Positions 44,966 to 56,026 of a stretch of DNA of 64,000 nt are shown in pieces. Source of the stretch: a virus; IMG/VR virus record IMGVR_UViG_3300022916_000011, positions 13,966 to 77,965 of that record; one strand, written 5' to 3'. A program made the position numbers and the translations under genes. Positions within the stretch are counted from its first letter, which is position 1; each line of letters opens with the position of its first letter. The notes beneath the pieces are model-generated. The model ran no database searches. It saw only the letters and a list, made by a program, of their open reading frames with translations, and was not told where the DNA came from.

Positions 44966-47900
44966 ATGTCTAATGTAGATGGAATAAATATACCAGTAAC
45001 TTCTTCTGGAGTTGGGAAAACCATATCTGATTTGGAAAGAATAAAACTCCAAATGAAGAATATGACGACCTCCCTTGAGCAAGTTAAAAAAATGTTGATG
45101 GTAGCTTTTCCAGTTGATAGTGCTAAACAATTTTCCACTGCTGCTAAGAGTGTGCAAAGAGAAGTACAGCAAATTAGTCATTTTTTAGAAAATATGGGAA
45201 CAAAGGCTAATACAACACTTTTGAAAGCTTCCACAGCCGTTGGGATTTATGAAAAGAAGTTAACTACTGTTAATAAGACTTTAGAAAAAAATGTAACTGT
45301 ACAAAAAAATACTGCGGCGGCGGTTAAACTTCTTTTTGCTAGAATACATGCGGGAGTAGTTGTTAATAAAAAATTAGAAACTTCTACTAATAAAGTAACT
45401 TCTGCATTTCTTAAACAGATAGGGGTATCTGCAAGATTAACAAATAAATGGGATGCTTTTCGTAAATCTATTAGTGCAAATAGATTAGTGCAACAAGCAT
45501 TGAATAAAACGAGTACTGCTGCGGTTTTAAACAATATGAAGTTAACTTCTTCCTATCAAAATTTATCAAAAAGTATTGCCAAGAATACCTCAGTTACTAA
45601 AGCAAATAAAACAGAACAAGCCAAATTAAATACTACTATCGCTAAAACGAGTAAAGGTTTTGCTGGTTTAATTCCCCATGTTGCTGCGGTTACTCTTTCC
45701 TATATGGCTATGCGTAGAGTTACTAGAGCCATTACAGGTACTATAGGTCTAGGTGTAGAATTTGAACATGAAATGTCTATGGTTAGGGCTATTACTGAGG
45801 CGACCACTGCACAATTTGAGGTTTTAATGGATGTGGTGAAAAAGGCTGGAGAGACTACAGTTTTTACAGCTAAAGAAGCCGCTGAAGCTATGAGATTTTT
45901 AGCTATGGCTGGTTTTGCAGTAGATGAATCTATTGCGGCTCTTCCTGATGTTTTAAATCTTGCCTTTATTGGGCAATTAGAATTGAAACGTGCCACTGAT
46001 ATTTCTACTGATGTTCTCAGAGCATTTGGATTAGAAGCAGAACAGCTAGGAATGGTTGTAGATGTGTTTACTGCTACAATTACTAATAGTAATACCAATA
46101 TTGAAATGCTTGGACAGTCAATGAAATTTGTTGCTCCTGTCGCTTCTAAATTAGGTTACAGTGTACAACAAGTTTCAGCTATGCTTGGGGTCATGTCTCA
46201 ATCTGGTATCAAAGCTGGTATGGCTGGTAGGTCTTTACGAATGGCTATGATGCGCATGAGTGATGCTGCTAAGTCTATGGGTATGGAAGGAGCTAACTTA
46301 TTAGATGTTTTAAGAAAACTTGCTAGTAAGAGTTATTCTCCAGATAGATTAGTTGGAGAACTCAAAACAATGTTTGGGCTTCGTTCTACTCCTGCTATTC
46401 TAGCTCTTATGCAAAATCTTAAACTTTATGATGAATTTTATGAAAAATTAGAAAATTCTGAAGGAGCTGCTAAAAAGTTTACAGATTCTTTAAAAACTGT
46501 GTGGCGTGCTTTTAAAGAATTGTCCTCAGTAGTACAGAGTTTAGCCATTGAAGTATTTGAAGAATATCAAGAAACACTGGAAAGTGTACTTAATAATGCT
46601 ACTGAATGGTTTAGGGAAAATAAAGATGAAGTAAAAGAATGGACAAAATATATTGTTGAAAGTATACCACAGGTAATTGGGTTAACTGTGGCTATGTGGG
46701 GTCTTGGCAAAGCTTTAGCTATAGTTACAATTTTTAGAGAAATGCATGTAGCAGTTACGGCTATGAATGCTGCTAATGCTCTTCCTATGTTTGCAGATCA
46801 AGTGACACGTGGCGGTAAAGCATTAGCTATGGCAAAAGGATTTGCAGCAAAATATGCTTCTCAATTGTATCTGTTAGGTGGAGCTATTGCTGCTGTAATA
46901 GCTTATAAACTATCTGAATGGTTGGCTGAACAATGGGAATGGTGGGATAAGAATATATGGGGGTCAAAAAAGTATACGGAAAGTTTAAAGGAAGGTATAA
47001 AGCAACAACGAGCATTTTTAGCACTAAAAACATTAGATAAATCTCCTGAACAGGCATTTGAAGTTTTCAATTTAAAAACAGCTAAAGTGGCATTAAATTA
47101 TCTTAAAACTGAATTATCTGATCTTAGAGAAAAAAGAGATACTATTTTAGATAATATTCAACAACAGGAATATCAACTTGATTTAATTGATACTGATAAA
47201 GAAAAAGTGGCTTTAAAAAATGTAGAAGCTCAGATTTTAGTAATGGCAGAAAAAGCTGCGAAAGTACAATATTTAGTGGATAATATGAGAAGTTCGGGAG
47301 GAACGTATGAAAATAGCGACTATTATAAAGGTAGTGCTTTGGCTGCTACGAGAGAAAGAGAAAAATTAGAGGAGCAAACTAAGTATAATGAGGCTTTACG
47401 AATAGCAAAAGAACAGTATGAAAGTGGGGAAATTAAATTACCTTCTTATGATAGGAAGAAATTTTTAGATAAATTAGAAGAGGATCTTAAAACAGAAGGT
47501 GCGTATTTATTGCTTGCCGCCAGAGATAAAGAAGGAGCTAAAGAATATATTAGAGGAATGCGTACTAATGCTGGAAGAGTATATGATGCTAGAATGAAAC
47601 AAGATGAGGAAATAGCTTCTAAATTAAAACAAATTAAAGATCCTATGGAAAGAAGTAAAATAGAAGCTAATGTATTTACTCTAGGTACAGAATTTACTGA
47701 CCGTATGAGTAAGGTTAAAAAGTATTCTGAAGAATACATGCTTTTGTTTAATAATATGCGTAAAGGGCAATCTAAAATATTAAACAAAAGTATTAGTGAT
47801 CAAATTAAAGCTGAGAATGCATTAGTCACCGCAGTCAAAAAAGCGCAAGGTTCCATTATTGATAATAAAGCTGCTATGCAAAAACAGGAGACTGATCTTA

Positions 47901-50900
47901 ATACCAAACAATTGAATGATTCTTTGGCTGTTATTAAAACTGATACAGCTAATCAAATAGCGGAAGCTATAAAAAGAGGCGATTCCATAGTTGATTTAAA
48001 GGAACAGCAGCAAATATTAATTACAAATAATCAACGAGATTTTGAGTTATCTTTAGCGCAATCACGGGAAGCAGAAATAACTAAGGAAGCAGAAAAACAT
48101 GATATAATAATAAAAAATTCAAAGGCTTCTGGGGATCAACTTAAAATATTAGAGGAAGATAAAAAATCTAGTATAGACCTTATTGATAAAAAATTTGATA
48201 GGATAAGACAAGAAAGAGCATCTTCTATTGTTAAATTTTATGAACAACAAACAATTAAAGAGGAGAATATTGCACAGAATCGGGCTGATAAAATTTCAGC
48301 TATAAATGAAAAAATTACTATTAAAACAGTAGAGACTGTTAGAGATACGGAATTAAAAAGACTTTCCATTTTGGCTGACGCAGAGGAACAAGAAATAGCA
48401 ATATACGAAAAGTCTGCTTTAACTAAAATAAAATATGCTTTGAAAAATAATGAGGATATAAGTCAATTAAGAAAAGAATCTATTGCGGAAGTAGAAGAAC
48501 AAAATGTTGCATTGCAAAAAATATGGGAAACGTCTAGAGAGACAGAAATACAAGCAGAAGAACGAATTTGGGCTTTAAAGAGAAAATCTGGAACTAGTGA
48601 TCTAGAATATAATGCAGGATTACGATCTGCTAAATTGGAAATAGACGAAAATTATAATGAAAAAGTTAGAGCTTTAGAATTGAAAAAACTTAAATTTATT
48701 CAATCTATTAATGCTGCTGAGTTAGCCGATCATCAAAGGAAATATCAAAAAGCATTAACTTATTATGATAAATGGGTAAAACAAATAGCTAAAAAAGCTT
48801 TGCAGGGCCTTTCTAAAGACCAAGCTATGGCTACCACTATGAAAAAAGCTAAAGAGACATGGGCAGAACATGTTAGAAATCTTTTTAATGTTGGAAGGAA
48901 TGATGAAGCTAGAGATTTAATGAGTAAATGGCCCGAAATTCAAAGAATCCAATTAGAGGAATTAAGTAAACAACAAGATCAATATGATAATGATAGACTT
49001 GTAGCAATGAAGTCCCTTTATAAAGATTTGAATGAAGTCTCTGGCAATTACTTTGACGCACAGATACAGATTATTGAACTTGAAAAAGAGAAGTATATTG
49101 AATCTCTTAAAATAAAAGCGGATGAAAATGGAAAATATACACAAAAACAAATGCAATTACTTGAGGCACTGAATAGATGGCAAATCCTTAAAAATCGTGA
49201 ATTAGTACAAGAATACCTCATAGCTAACAAGGGTTTAGCTGGTGGTATGGTTGCATACCTTGTTGAAATGAAAACAGCATGGGAAAATTACTACCAAGAG
49301 ATAGGCCAATTTGGTTATGATTTTCTGGAAAGTTTCGGTAGTGCATTTGAGGATAGCTTTGTTAAAGTATTTACTGAAGGAGTAGATGCAGCAAAAGATG
49401 TTTGGAAGGATTGGCTTGACGATTTGTTAGATAGTTTCCTTAAAATGATAGCGAGACTTATAAAAGAATTGGTCATGTCAGGCATATTAGAATTGCTAGT
49501 ATCCGCTCTTGGAAGTGGAAGCGGAAGTAGAAGTATCAGTATCAGTGGTGGAGGAAGTGGAAGTGGCGTTGGAATGGGAGGCGTGAGTGTAGGTGGTTCT
49601 TCAATGAGTTGGACAACCATTGGTAGTATGCTTGCCAAGGGATATGAGTTGTACACCGGGAAGAGCTTATCTCTTAATGGTTTGATAGATAGTCTTTCTG
49701 GTAGTTCTTCCTCAACTGCTGTTACTACCACTCAACAAGGTCAAAATTGGGCGGGTGATATTGGTAGTTGGGGAAAAGATTATGCAAAAGGTTTAGGCCA
49801 GACAGGAACAATGACTGCTGCTCAAGTTGCAGGCGCTGAAGCTGCCTATGCAATGAATACTGGTTACATGAGTGGTATGGCAGTTGATTCAGCCGGTATG
49901 GTTGGCAACATGGCGAACATGGGTGCAAACGCTTCCACTACTGGAATGGGTGCTGGTGCTGCTTCTGGTATTGCTGCTGCTGTTGTTGCTATTATCATTG
50001 GTGGTTACATGGTTTTCGATAATAATACGAAACCAGATGCCAGCGTTTGGGTAAAAGCTCAAGCGGAAATGTCAAAATTACAATCACATTTATTCGATGT
50101 TGCTATAACTGGAGTTGGTGCAATTGGGTATTCTGAATCAGATGCAAATAAAGATGTAAACTGGATGTCTAGCGTGTTGGCTGATCATTTTAGTATGTAT
50201 GAGGAGATATATAAGAATGTATCTTATGAGAGTCAACGAAAAATCAAAAAGGGACTAGAAAATATACCTTGGGAAGAATTATCGTTTACTCTTATCAAGA
50301 TGGCCCAGGATCACGTTACACCTAAATTATCTATAAGCAGAAAAAATCCCTATTGGGTAAGGCCACCTGATGCTAATCCAATATTCGATGATCTTAATCC
50401 TACCTCTTATAGTGGAAGTTTATCTGGTACAGGTAGGGGTAATGCAGCGACACAATTACATGCTTTAATGGGGAAATACTTTGAGGAGTATGTTGAAGAG
50501 GCACTAGTCAATATTAAGAAAAAAGATGTTTACAAATTAATGAATGATAATATTCTCGGGATGTTATCTGGATTAGATAAGGATCTTTTCATGAATGATC
50601 CTGAGGAATTTTTTCATGCATTTAATGAATCAATGAAGCAAATGGTGAAAGCGGAAGTTGTATGGACAGACTTTAACCATTGGTTAGACGGTACAACTGC
50701 TGGAATGACTAAAGCTCAAGAAGCAACGACATTAGCTACTGCTGAACTAGAAGGTTATGCAGCGCAGATGGAAGCTTTGGGTGTCACTTTGAGTGAGGCT
50801 GAACTAGCTGCAAAATTTAAAGACATATATAATGGAATGACAGAGGGTATAGGTAATCTTGGTGCAATAGCGAAACCAGTAACAGGACTTGATAAATATC

Positions 50901-53900
50901 TTGCTAAAATCAATGGTCAATTTGATGCCTACTTGGCACTATTGGAACGCTATGGTGTTGATTTAGATAAAATTACTGATCTAGAAGAGAAACGCAAAAA
51001 GAAGCTGGAAGAAGCCGCTGAAGAATATATGGAATCTTTTTGGAAAGGAATCGAAGATACCATAAAAGGTGCGGAAGGATTGGTTACAGCATTTGAGGAA
51101 GCTGTTATAAGTATTAATAACACCTTTGCTGGAGTGTACGCCACTATGGCGGAAGATAAAGGCCTTGATGCACGAAAAATAGAAGATATTCATAAATATT
51201 ATAATGATGCAAAAAAAGCAATACAAGATGAAATAGACAAAATCATGGATGGTTTGGCTGACAGTATTAAAGAAGTTGCAGAGTTAATTAATATTTTGGA
51301 AACTGGTGGAGATATAAGTGCTGTTATAACATATTTTGAAGAGTTGTTTAAAACCTTTGACGAAAGTGGTGCAGACCTTACTGGAATTATTTCAGATATG
51401 AAAAATTCCTTTAAGTCTGTTATAAATGAATTAAAGAATCAGGCCAATCAATTATATGCATGGTCCCAAGAATTTGGTGGGTTCAATTTTGAGAGGGCCG
51501 CTAATCAAGCTAGTAAATTAATGACACTTCTTTCAGATTTCGTTAGAGATATGTCCGATATGGATTCTGCCGATATGAAAGTTGCGTTAGGGGAAATTAA
51601 AACTAGCATACAAGAGTACAGAGAAGCCGTTGAAAGGGCACAGTTTGGAGAACAAGATTATGAAATAGTAGATTACCTTAATGATGTTTTAGATTACTTA
51701 GATGGACTAGAAACCGTTATTAACACATTTACTCTCGATTTGGAATCGTTATCACAAGTTCCCATGAAAGATTTATTTCCCAGTATTACAGAGGATTTAA
51801 ATGCATTTGTTGGTGGGTTGAAAAATTGGTATAATAAACTTGAGGATGCAAATGGTGTTTTTGATGGCCTTCAGGAAATGACCAATGCACTGTCTAATCA
51901 AATAACAGCATGGGTGGATAGTTTATCAAATGAGGATATTTCGAATGAAGATGTATTGAGTGGTCTTGCTGCAATATCAGATTCAATAGATGATACGATT
52001 ACGGCTGTTCAAGATATGCGTAGAAAACAATCTAATGCTGGAAATACTGAATGGGTTTACGTTCTTGATTCTTATATTACATATTTAAAATCATTGAAAA
52101 CTGCTGTTGAGTCTTTTGAGGATCGATTATCAGATGCTAATTTGAGTGAAGCTAATAGACAAGAAATAAGTGATATTTTAACAGATTTAGGTAAAGGTGA
52201 TTATACCTCTGCTATTGCTTATTTGCAAAAGCAACTGGATGAACTTATAGCTGGTGGAGGAGATTCAGAAACAATCCAAAAGTATAAAGATGATATTGCC
52301 GAACTTCAAAGATTACAGGATGAGTTTATAGCAATAGAAAGACGACAGCTAGATGCGATCAAGAGAAGTCTGGGATTAATTACTGATTATGAATACAGAA
52401 TGGGGAGATTGACTGAACTTCAAGATCGGTACGGTAATTCTTTAGGTTCACTTGTCAAAAATTTTGAGAGTTGGACCCTTGAAGAATTGAAAGCAGAGGC
52501 CGACAGGTTGGGTATTACATGGCAGGAGATGGCTGAAGATGTTGCATTTCTTGTTCAACAGGAACAGAACCTTTACGATATTAGAAAGGCTCAAGCTGAA
52601 TTGGCTGGTAAAGACACTGGACTGTGGGAAATTGCAGAAAGGTACAATCTTGATTACGATAAAATGGATAAAGATTTTGCACAGAAAATTGTGAATCAAT
52701 TTTTATCCATGACAGCAGAAGAAGTGCAAGCGTGGGCAGATAATCTGAGCGTTTCCGTAACACAATTAGTTGCAGATATTATGACATTAGCCAATGCATT
52801 TGATTTGACTGCCGATGCAATAGAAAGTTTGGCAGACGATATTAGAGAAAATCTTGAAAATCTAAGATTACAAATTCAAGATGATATGGGTATTGGTGGT
52901 GGTCATGCAGCAAGAGCGGCTTCTATATGGAATCAGATAGAAGGATTAGGTGAAACAGATCCTATGACGGAAGGTGTTCTTCTTGAAATGACTGAACTCT
53001 TAGGTGATTGGTATTCAGAAGGAAAAGCTGCTGAAGATGAAAGAATTGCTGGAATTAGGGAAGAACTAAATGAACGTAAAAGTGTCTTAGAAGAAGAACT
53101 ACGTTTAGCGCAAAATTTTCAAAATGTTGTGGAATCTTTGGAAGATTTGATTAAGTCGATAAAATATAGCACCTTGAATGTTTCTTTACCATATGAGAAG
53201 GCAGAAGAAGCACAACAAGATTATGATACTTTACTTGCTGCTGCTATGACAGGCGATTTAGAAGCAATGCAAGAATACAGTGGTTTTGTGCAAACTCATT
53301 TGCAGCAACAACAGGAGGAGTTTAAATCTTCAGATATATATCAAGGTATCTACGATAGTGTAATGGCTGACATTGAAGCTGTAAAGGCCAATGCTGAAGC
53401 TCAGTCTTATGATGAGGCTATACTGGCAGAACTGGAGAGCATTGACGCACAACTTGAAAATTTAGAACCTGACTATTCAGCATTGTTAGCTCAGTTTGAA
53501 GGTATGGCAGAAACAATAGAAACAGCATTAAGAAGGCTTGAAGCTGGAAGTCTTGTTATAACTTTTGAATGGGATACTGCTGGAAGTGCTGAAGCTATTG
53601 AAGCATTGAAACAAATTCTAGAATTTTATGGGTGGGAAGATGATGTAATGATCAGTTTTGTTGCCACCATGCTAGAAAATTTTGGTGGTACTTTTGCTGA
53701 AAGAATGGAACTTCTTGGTTTTCTTGTAGATCCAGCCAATGGTGGAAGCTGGACTTCAACTGCAACCATTATGATGTTGGCATCTGATGAATTTTGGGAT
53801 GAAAATACGTGGACTGATAATCTAGAATTGATTGGATTTATTTATAGTGAGAATGGAAAAGATTGGAATGCGGAAGCGGTTTTAACCTTTCTGGCTAATG

Positions 53901-56026
53901 AAGGAGCTTGGGATTCAAGTACTTTTGAAGAAGCTATGACAGGATTAAGATTTTTAAGAACTAATGCTGAAGGTGGTTGGAACTCTGACGCTGTTATTAC
54001 TTGGATTAACAATGATGGAGTATGGAATTCTGCAACACCTACTGAATTAATGAGTGCCCTTAATTTTGTATTAGGGGAATCTGGTTGGGATTCAAAAGCA
54101 TCTTGGGCATTTCTAGCACAATTATCTGATGAAGGCATTCCGTGGTCCCAATTGAAACAAACATTTATTGACTACGGTGCTGATGTAGAAACAATTGAAA
54201 AATATCTCAAAATCACATACTTGAATGATAGTAATTTAACCTTTGCAACTTGGGATGATTTTTATGATGCTTGGGTTGCAATGGGGATGTCTGATTCTTG
54301 GGCTACTAAATATCTACAAGCTGTATATGAAGATAGTGGCGAAGAGGGTTTAAAGTATTGGACTGATTTCATCATTGCTTTTGAAATGGGTGATATTGAT
54401 GATGCTACGGCTGAAAAAGTACTTGCGGCTGTTTATAATGCAACTGCTGGTCAACCTGATCTTGCTTTATGGTCTGATTTTAAAACAGCAATGGCAGATG
54501 CGAATGTAGGAGAAGATTCAACAGCATGGAAAACAATTGAAGCAGCATATAATGATAGTTCAGGAGCATTTCCAACATGGAGTGCTTTAGAAACTGCAAT
54601 GACAGATGCAGGCATAGCTACTTCAACCATGAAAGAAATTCAAGGTAGATATGATAGTGGAGATATGACATGGAGTGAACTTGAAGATATGTTGGCGGCA
54701 ACAGGCACTCCAGAGTCAGTAATCCGTGATATTAGATCATCGGTTGTTGGAACGGTTGAAGTTGAATTAACTGAGATGGCTGTGTGGCAAACACAAACAG
54801 CGTTATTGCTTGGTATTTTCAATAATACAATGTTGACAGCAAAATCGTTAGGTGATTACCAAAGTCCTGGTAATATGATGGGCTCTTGGAGTTTTGATAC
54901 TTCTTCATGGTCAAGTACTTTTGCTGGTGCTGGTGGTTTGTGGGATTATACAGCAGGAGACGGCTCTGGAGGTGGAGGTGGTGTTGCTCCTGAATTTCAG
55001 AAAGTTTATTTGTATGGTGGTAACGGAGCAAGGATTGATGGCAATGCTGAAGGATTAATCAGAACTGAGACTTTTCCGACCAATTCTTGGGCTGTTGAAA
55101 TAGTCAATCAAGGAAATCACATAGAGACTTCACGAAATTATCTTGCAAATATTTCTGCACAGCAAAGTGCTTATATGGTTTATTTGCTGCACATTTACAA
55201 TAGATTACATGATCTCAGAGTTGGTGGTACAGTGGCTACAACTGGTGGTAGTTCCAGCGATCCAACTATGATAGCATGGCTGAAAAATATATATAACATA
55301 CAGACAAACACACGTGATTGGTTGACAAATTTGTATAACAGACAGTATGATACACGTGTTAAGCTGTATGGTGGTAACGGAGCAAGGATTGATGGCACTT
55401 CTAATGGCTTGATACGAGGAGAAATGTTCCCCACTGCTACTTGGGCGAATGAAATAGTGGATCAGGGGAATAATATAGAGACTTCACGAAATTATCTTTC
55501 GAACATATCGGGGTATGCTGGTTATTTGTTGCACATATATAATAGATTGCATGATCTCAGAATTGGTGGCACAGTATCAACTACTGGTGGTAGCAAAAGT
55601 GTTTACGTTACTGGAGGGTATTTAAGTTCTGCTGGTTCAGTATGGCACACAAATAATTACACAAACACTGTTACGGCAGTCAGAGGCGTTGGTGGTTATA
55701 AAGAAGGTGGTATTTCTACTGGATCAGAATCTGGACATATGGAATTATTACATGGTACTGAAGCAGTCATTCCAATGAAAAATATGTCTATACCAGTGCA
55801 ATTTTTAAATGGTGGTTCTACGCAAGATGGTGCGAAAAGTGAGGAAGAACTTCAATTACTCAGAGAGCAGAACGAACTTTTGAAAGAGATAGCTTCAAAT
55901 AAGGAAAGATCAATTGAGCTTGATGGGAAAGTGTTGGGTAGCTATGTAGATGCCAGGGCTGATAATGTTCGTGTAACAGCTAATAGAACTAAGGGTAATG
56001 AAACCAGGAGACTATACAGAGTATAA
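44966..56026 (+). CDS. tape measure protein (3686 aa)
   Basis: TP901-type domain (FTAKEAAEAMRFLAMAG, SMKFVAP); long coiled coils; C-terminal GG..G..LHGTEAVIP. Confidence 0.9.
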   Translation: MSNVDGINIPVTSSGVGKTISDLERIKLQMKNMTTSLEQVKKMLMVAFPVDSAKQFSTAAKSVQREVQQISHFLENMGTKANTTLLKASTAVGIYEKKLTTVNKTLEKNVTVQKNTAAAVKLLFARIHAGVVVNKKLETSTNKVTSAFLKQIGVSARLTNKWDAFRKSISANRLVQQALNKTSTAAVLNNMKLTSSYQNLSKSIAKNTSVTKANKTEQAKLNTTIAKTSKGFAGLIPHVAAVTLSYMAMRRVTRAITGTIGLGVEFEHEMSMVRAITEATTAQFEVLMDVVKKAGETTVFTAKEAAEAMRFLAMAGFAVDESIAALPDVLNLAFIGQLELKRATDISTDVLRAFGLEAEQLGMVVDVFTATITNSNTNIEMLGQSMKFVAPVASKLGYSVQQVSAMLGVMSQSGIKAGMAGRSLRMAMMRMSDAAKSMGMEGANLLDVLRKLASKSYSPDRLVGELKTMFGLRSTPAILALMQNLKLYDEFYEKLENSEGAAKKFTDSLKTVWRAFKELSSVVQSLAIEVFEEYQETLESVLNNATEWFRENKDEVKEWTKYIVESIPQVIGLTVAMWGLGKALAIVTIFREMHVAVTAMNAANALPMFADQVTRGGKALAMAKGFAAKYASQLYLLGGAIAAVIAYKLSEWLAEQWEWWDKNIWGSKKYTESLKEGIKQQRAFLALKTLDKSPEQAFEVFNLKTAKVALNYLKTELSDLREKRDTILDNIQQQEYQLDLIDTDKEKVALKNVEAQILVMAEKAAKVQYLVDNMRSSGGTYENSDYYKGSALAATREREKLEEQTKYNEALRIAKEQYESGEIKLPSYDRKKFLDKLEEDLKTEGAYLLLAARDKEGAKEYIRGMRTNAGRVYDARMKQDEEIASKLKQIKDPMERSKIEANVFTLGTEFTDRMSKVKKYSEEYMLLFNNMRKGQSKILNKSISDQIKAENALVTAVKKAQGSIIDNKAAMQKQETDLNTKQLNDSLAVIKTDTANQIAEAIKRGDSIVDLKEQQQILITNNQRDFELSLAQSREAEITKEAEKHDIIIKNSKASGDQLKILEEDKKSSIDLIDKKFDRIRQERASSIVKFYEQQTIKEENIAQNRADKISAINEKITIKTVETVRDTELKRLSILADAEEQEIAIYEKSALTKIKYALKNNEDISQLRKESIAEVEEQNVALQKIWETSRETEIQAEERIWALKRKSGTSDLEYNAGLRSAKLEIDENYNEKVRALELKKLKFIQSINAAELADHQRKYQKALTYYDKWVKQIAKKALQGLSKDQAMATTMKKAKETWAEHVRNLFNVGRNDEARDLMSKWPEIQRIQLEELSKQQDQYDNDRLVAMKSLYKDLNEVSGNYFDAQIQIIELEKEKYIESLKIKADENGKYTQKQMQLLEALNRWQILKNRELVQEYLIANKGLAGGMVAYLVEMKTAWENYYQEIGQFGYDFLESFGSAFEDSFVKVFTEGVDAAKDVWKDWLDDLLDSFLKMIARLIKELVMSGILELLVSALGSGSGSRSISISGGGSGSGVGMGGVSVGGSSMSWTTIGSMLAKGYELYTGKSLSLNGLIDSLSGSSSSTAVTTTQQGQNWAGDIGSWGKDYAKGLGQTGTMTAAQVAGAEAAYAMNTGYMSGMAVDSAGMVGNMANMGANASTTGMGAGAASGIAAAVVAIIIGGYMVFDNNTKPDASVWVKAQAEMSKLQSHLFDVAITGVGAIGYSESDANKDVNWMSSVLADHFSMYEEIYKNVSYESQRKIKKGLENIPWEELSFTLIKMAQDHVTPKLSISRKNPYWVRPPDANPIFDDLNPTSYSGSLSGTGRGNAATQLHALMGKYFEEYVEEALVNIKKKDVYKLMNDNILGMLSGLDKDLFMNDPEEFFHAFNESMKQMVKAEVVWTDFNHWLDGTTAGMTKAQEATTLATAELEGYAAQMEALGVTLSEAELAAKFKDIYNGMTEGIGNLGAIAKPVTGLDKYLAKINGQFDAYLALLERYGVDLDKITDLEEKRKKKLEEAAEEYMESFWKGIEDTIKGAEGLVTAFEEAVISINNTFAGVYATMAEDKGLDARKIEDIHKYYNDAKKAIQDEIDKIMDGLADSIKEVAELINILETGGDISAVITYFEELFKTFDESGADLTGIISDMKNSFKSVINELKNQANQLYAWSQEFGGFNFERAANQASKLMTLLSDFVRDMSDMDSADMKVALGEIKTSIQEYREAVERAQFGEQDYEIVDYLNDVLDYLDGLETVINTFTLDLESLSQVPMKDLFPSITEDLNAFVGGLKNWYNKLEDANGVFDGLQEMTNALSNQITAWVDSLSNEDISNEDVLSGLAAISDSIDDTITAVQDMRRKQSNAGNTEWVYVLDSYITYLKSLKTAVESFEDRLSDANLSEANRQEISDILTDLGKGDYTSAIAYLQKQLDELIAGGGDSETIQKYKDDIAELQRLQDEFIAIERRQLDAIKRSLGLITDYEYRMGRLTELQDRYGNSLGSLVKNFESWTLEELKAEADRLGITWQEMAEDVAFLVQQEQNLYDIRKAQAELAGKDTGLWEIAERYNLDYDKMDKDFAQKIVNQFLSMTAEEVQAWADNLSVSVTQLVADIMTLANAFDLTADAIESLADDIRENLENLRLQIQDDMGIGGGHAARAASIWNQIEGLGETDPMTEGVLLEMTELLGDWYSEGKAAEDERIAGIREELNERKSVLEEELRLAQNFQNVVESLEDLIKSIKYSTLNVSLPYEKAEEAQQDYDTLLAAAMTGDLEAMQEYSGFVQTHLQQQQEEFKSSDIYQGIYDSVMADIEAVKANAEAQSYDEAILAELESIDAQLENLEPDYSALLAQFEGMAETIETALRRLEAGSLVITFEWDTAGSAEAIEALKQILEFYGWEDDVMISFVATMLENFGGTFAERMELLGFLVDPANGGSWTSTATIMMLASDEFWDENTWTDNLELIGFIYSENGKDWNAEAVLTFLANEGAWDSSTFEEAMTGLRFLRTNAEGGWNSDAVITWINNDGVWNSATPTELMSALNFVLGESGWDSKASWAFLAQLSDEGIPWSQLKQTFIDYGADVETIEKYLKITYLNDSNLTFATWDDFYDAWVAMGMSDSWATKYLQAVYEDSGEEGLKYWTDFIIAFEMGDIDDATAEKVLAAVYNATAGQPDLALWSDFKTAMADANVGEDSTAWKTIEAAYNDSSGAFPTWSALETAMTDAGIATSTMKEIQGRYDSGDMTWSELEDMLAATGTPESVIRDIRSSVVGTVEVELTEMAVWQTQTALLLGIFNNTMLTAKSLGDYQSPGNMMGSWSFDTSSWSSTFAGAGGLWDYTAGDGSGGGGGVAPEFQKVYLYGGNGARIDGNAEGLIRTETFPTNSWAVEIVNQGNHIETSRNYLANISAQQSAYMVYLLHIYNRLHDLRVGGTVATTGGSSSDPTMIAWLKNIYNIQTNTRDWLTNLYNRQYDTRVKLYGGNGARIDGTSNGLIRGEMFPTATWANEIVDQGNNIETSRNYLSNISGYAGYLLHIYNRLHDLRIGGTVSTTGGSKSVYVTGGYLSSAGSVWHTNNYTNTVTAVRGVGGYKEGGISTGSESGHMELLHGTEAVIPMKNMSIPVQFLNGGSTQDGAKSEEELQLLREQNELLKEIASNKERSIELDGKVLGSYVDARADNVRVTANRTKGNETRRLYRV
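55010..55593 (+). repeat. duplicated ~80 aa module near TMP C-terminus
   Basis: LYGGNGARIDG..IETSRNYL..LLHIYNRLHDLR.GGTV.TTGGS twice (~55010-55252, ~55365-55593). Confidence 0.9.

Noticed and set aside
55010-55593. Repeat pair in TMP as a diversity-generating retroelement TR/VR
   Set aside because: Differences are not adenine-specific, both copies are in frame in one gene, and no reverse transcriptase is in the window.
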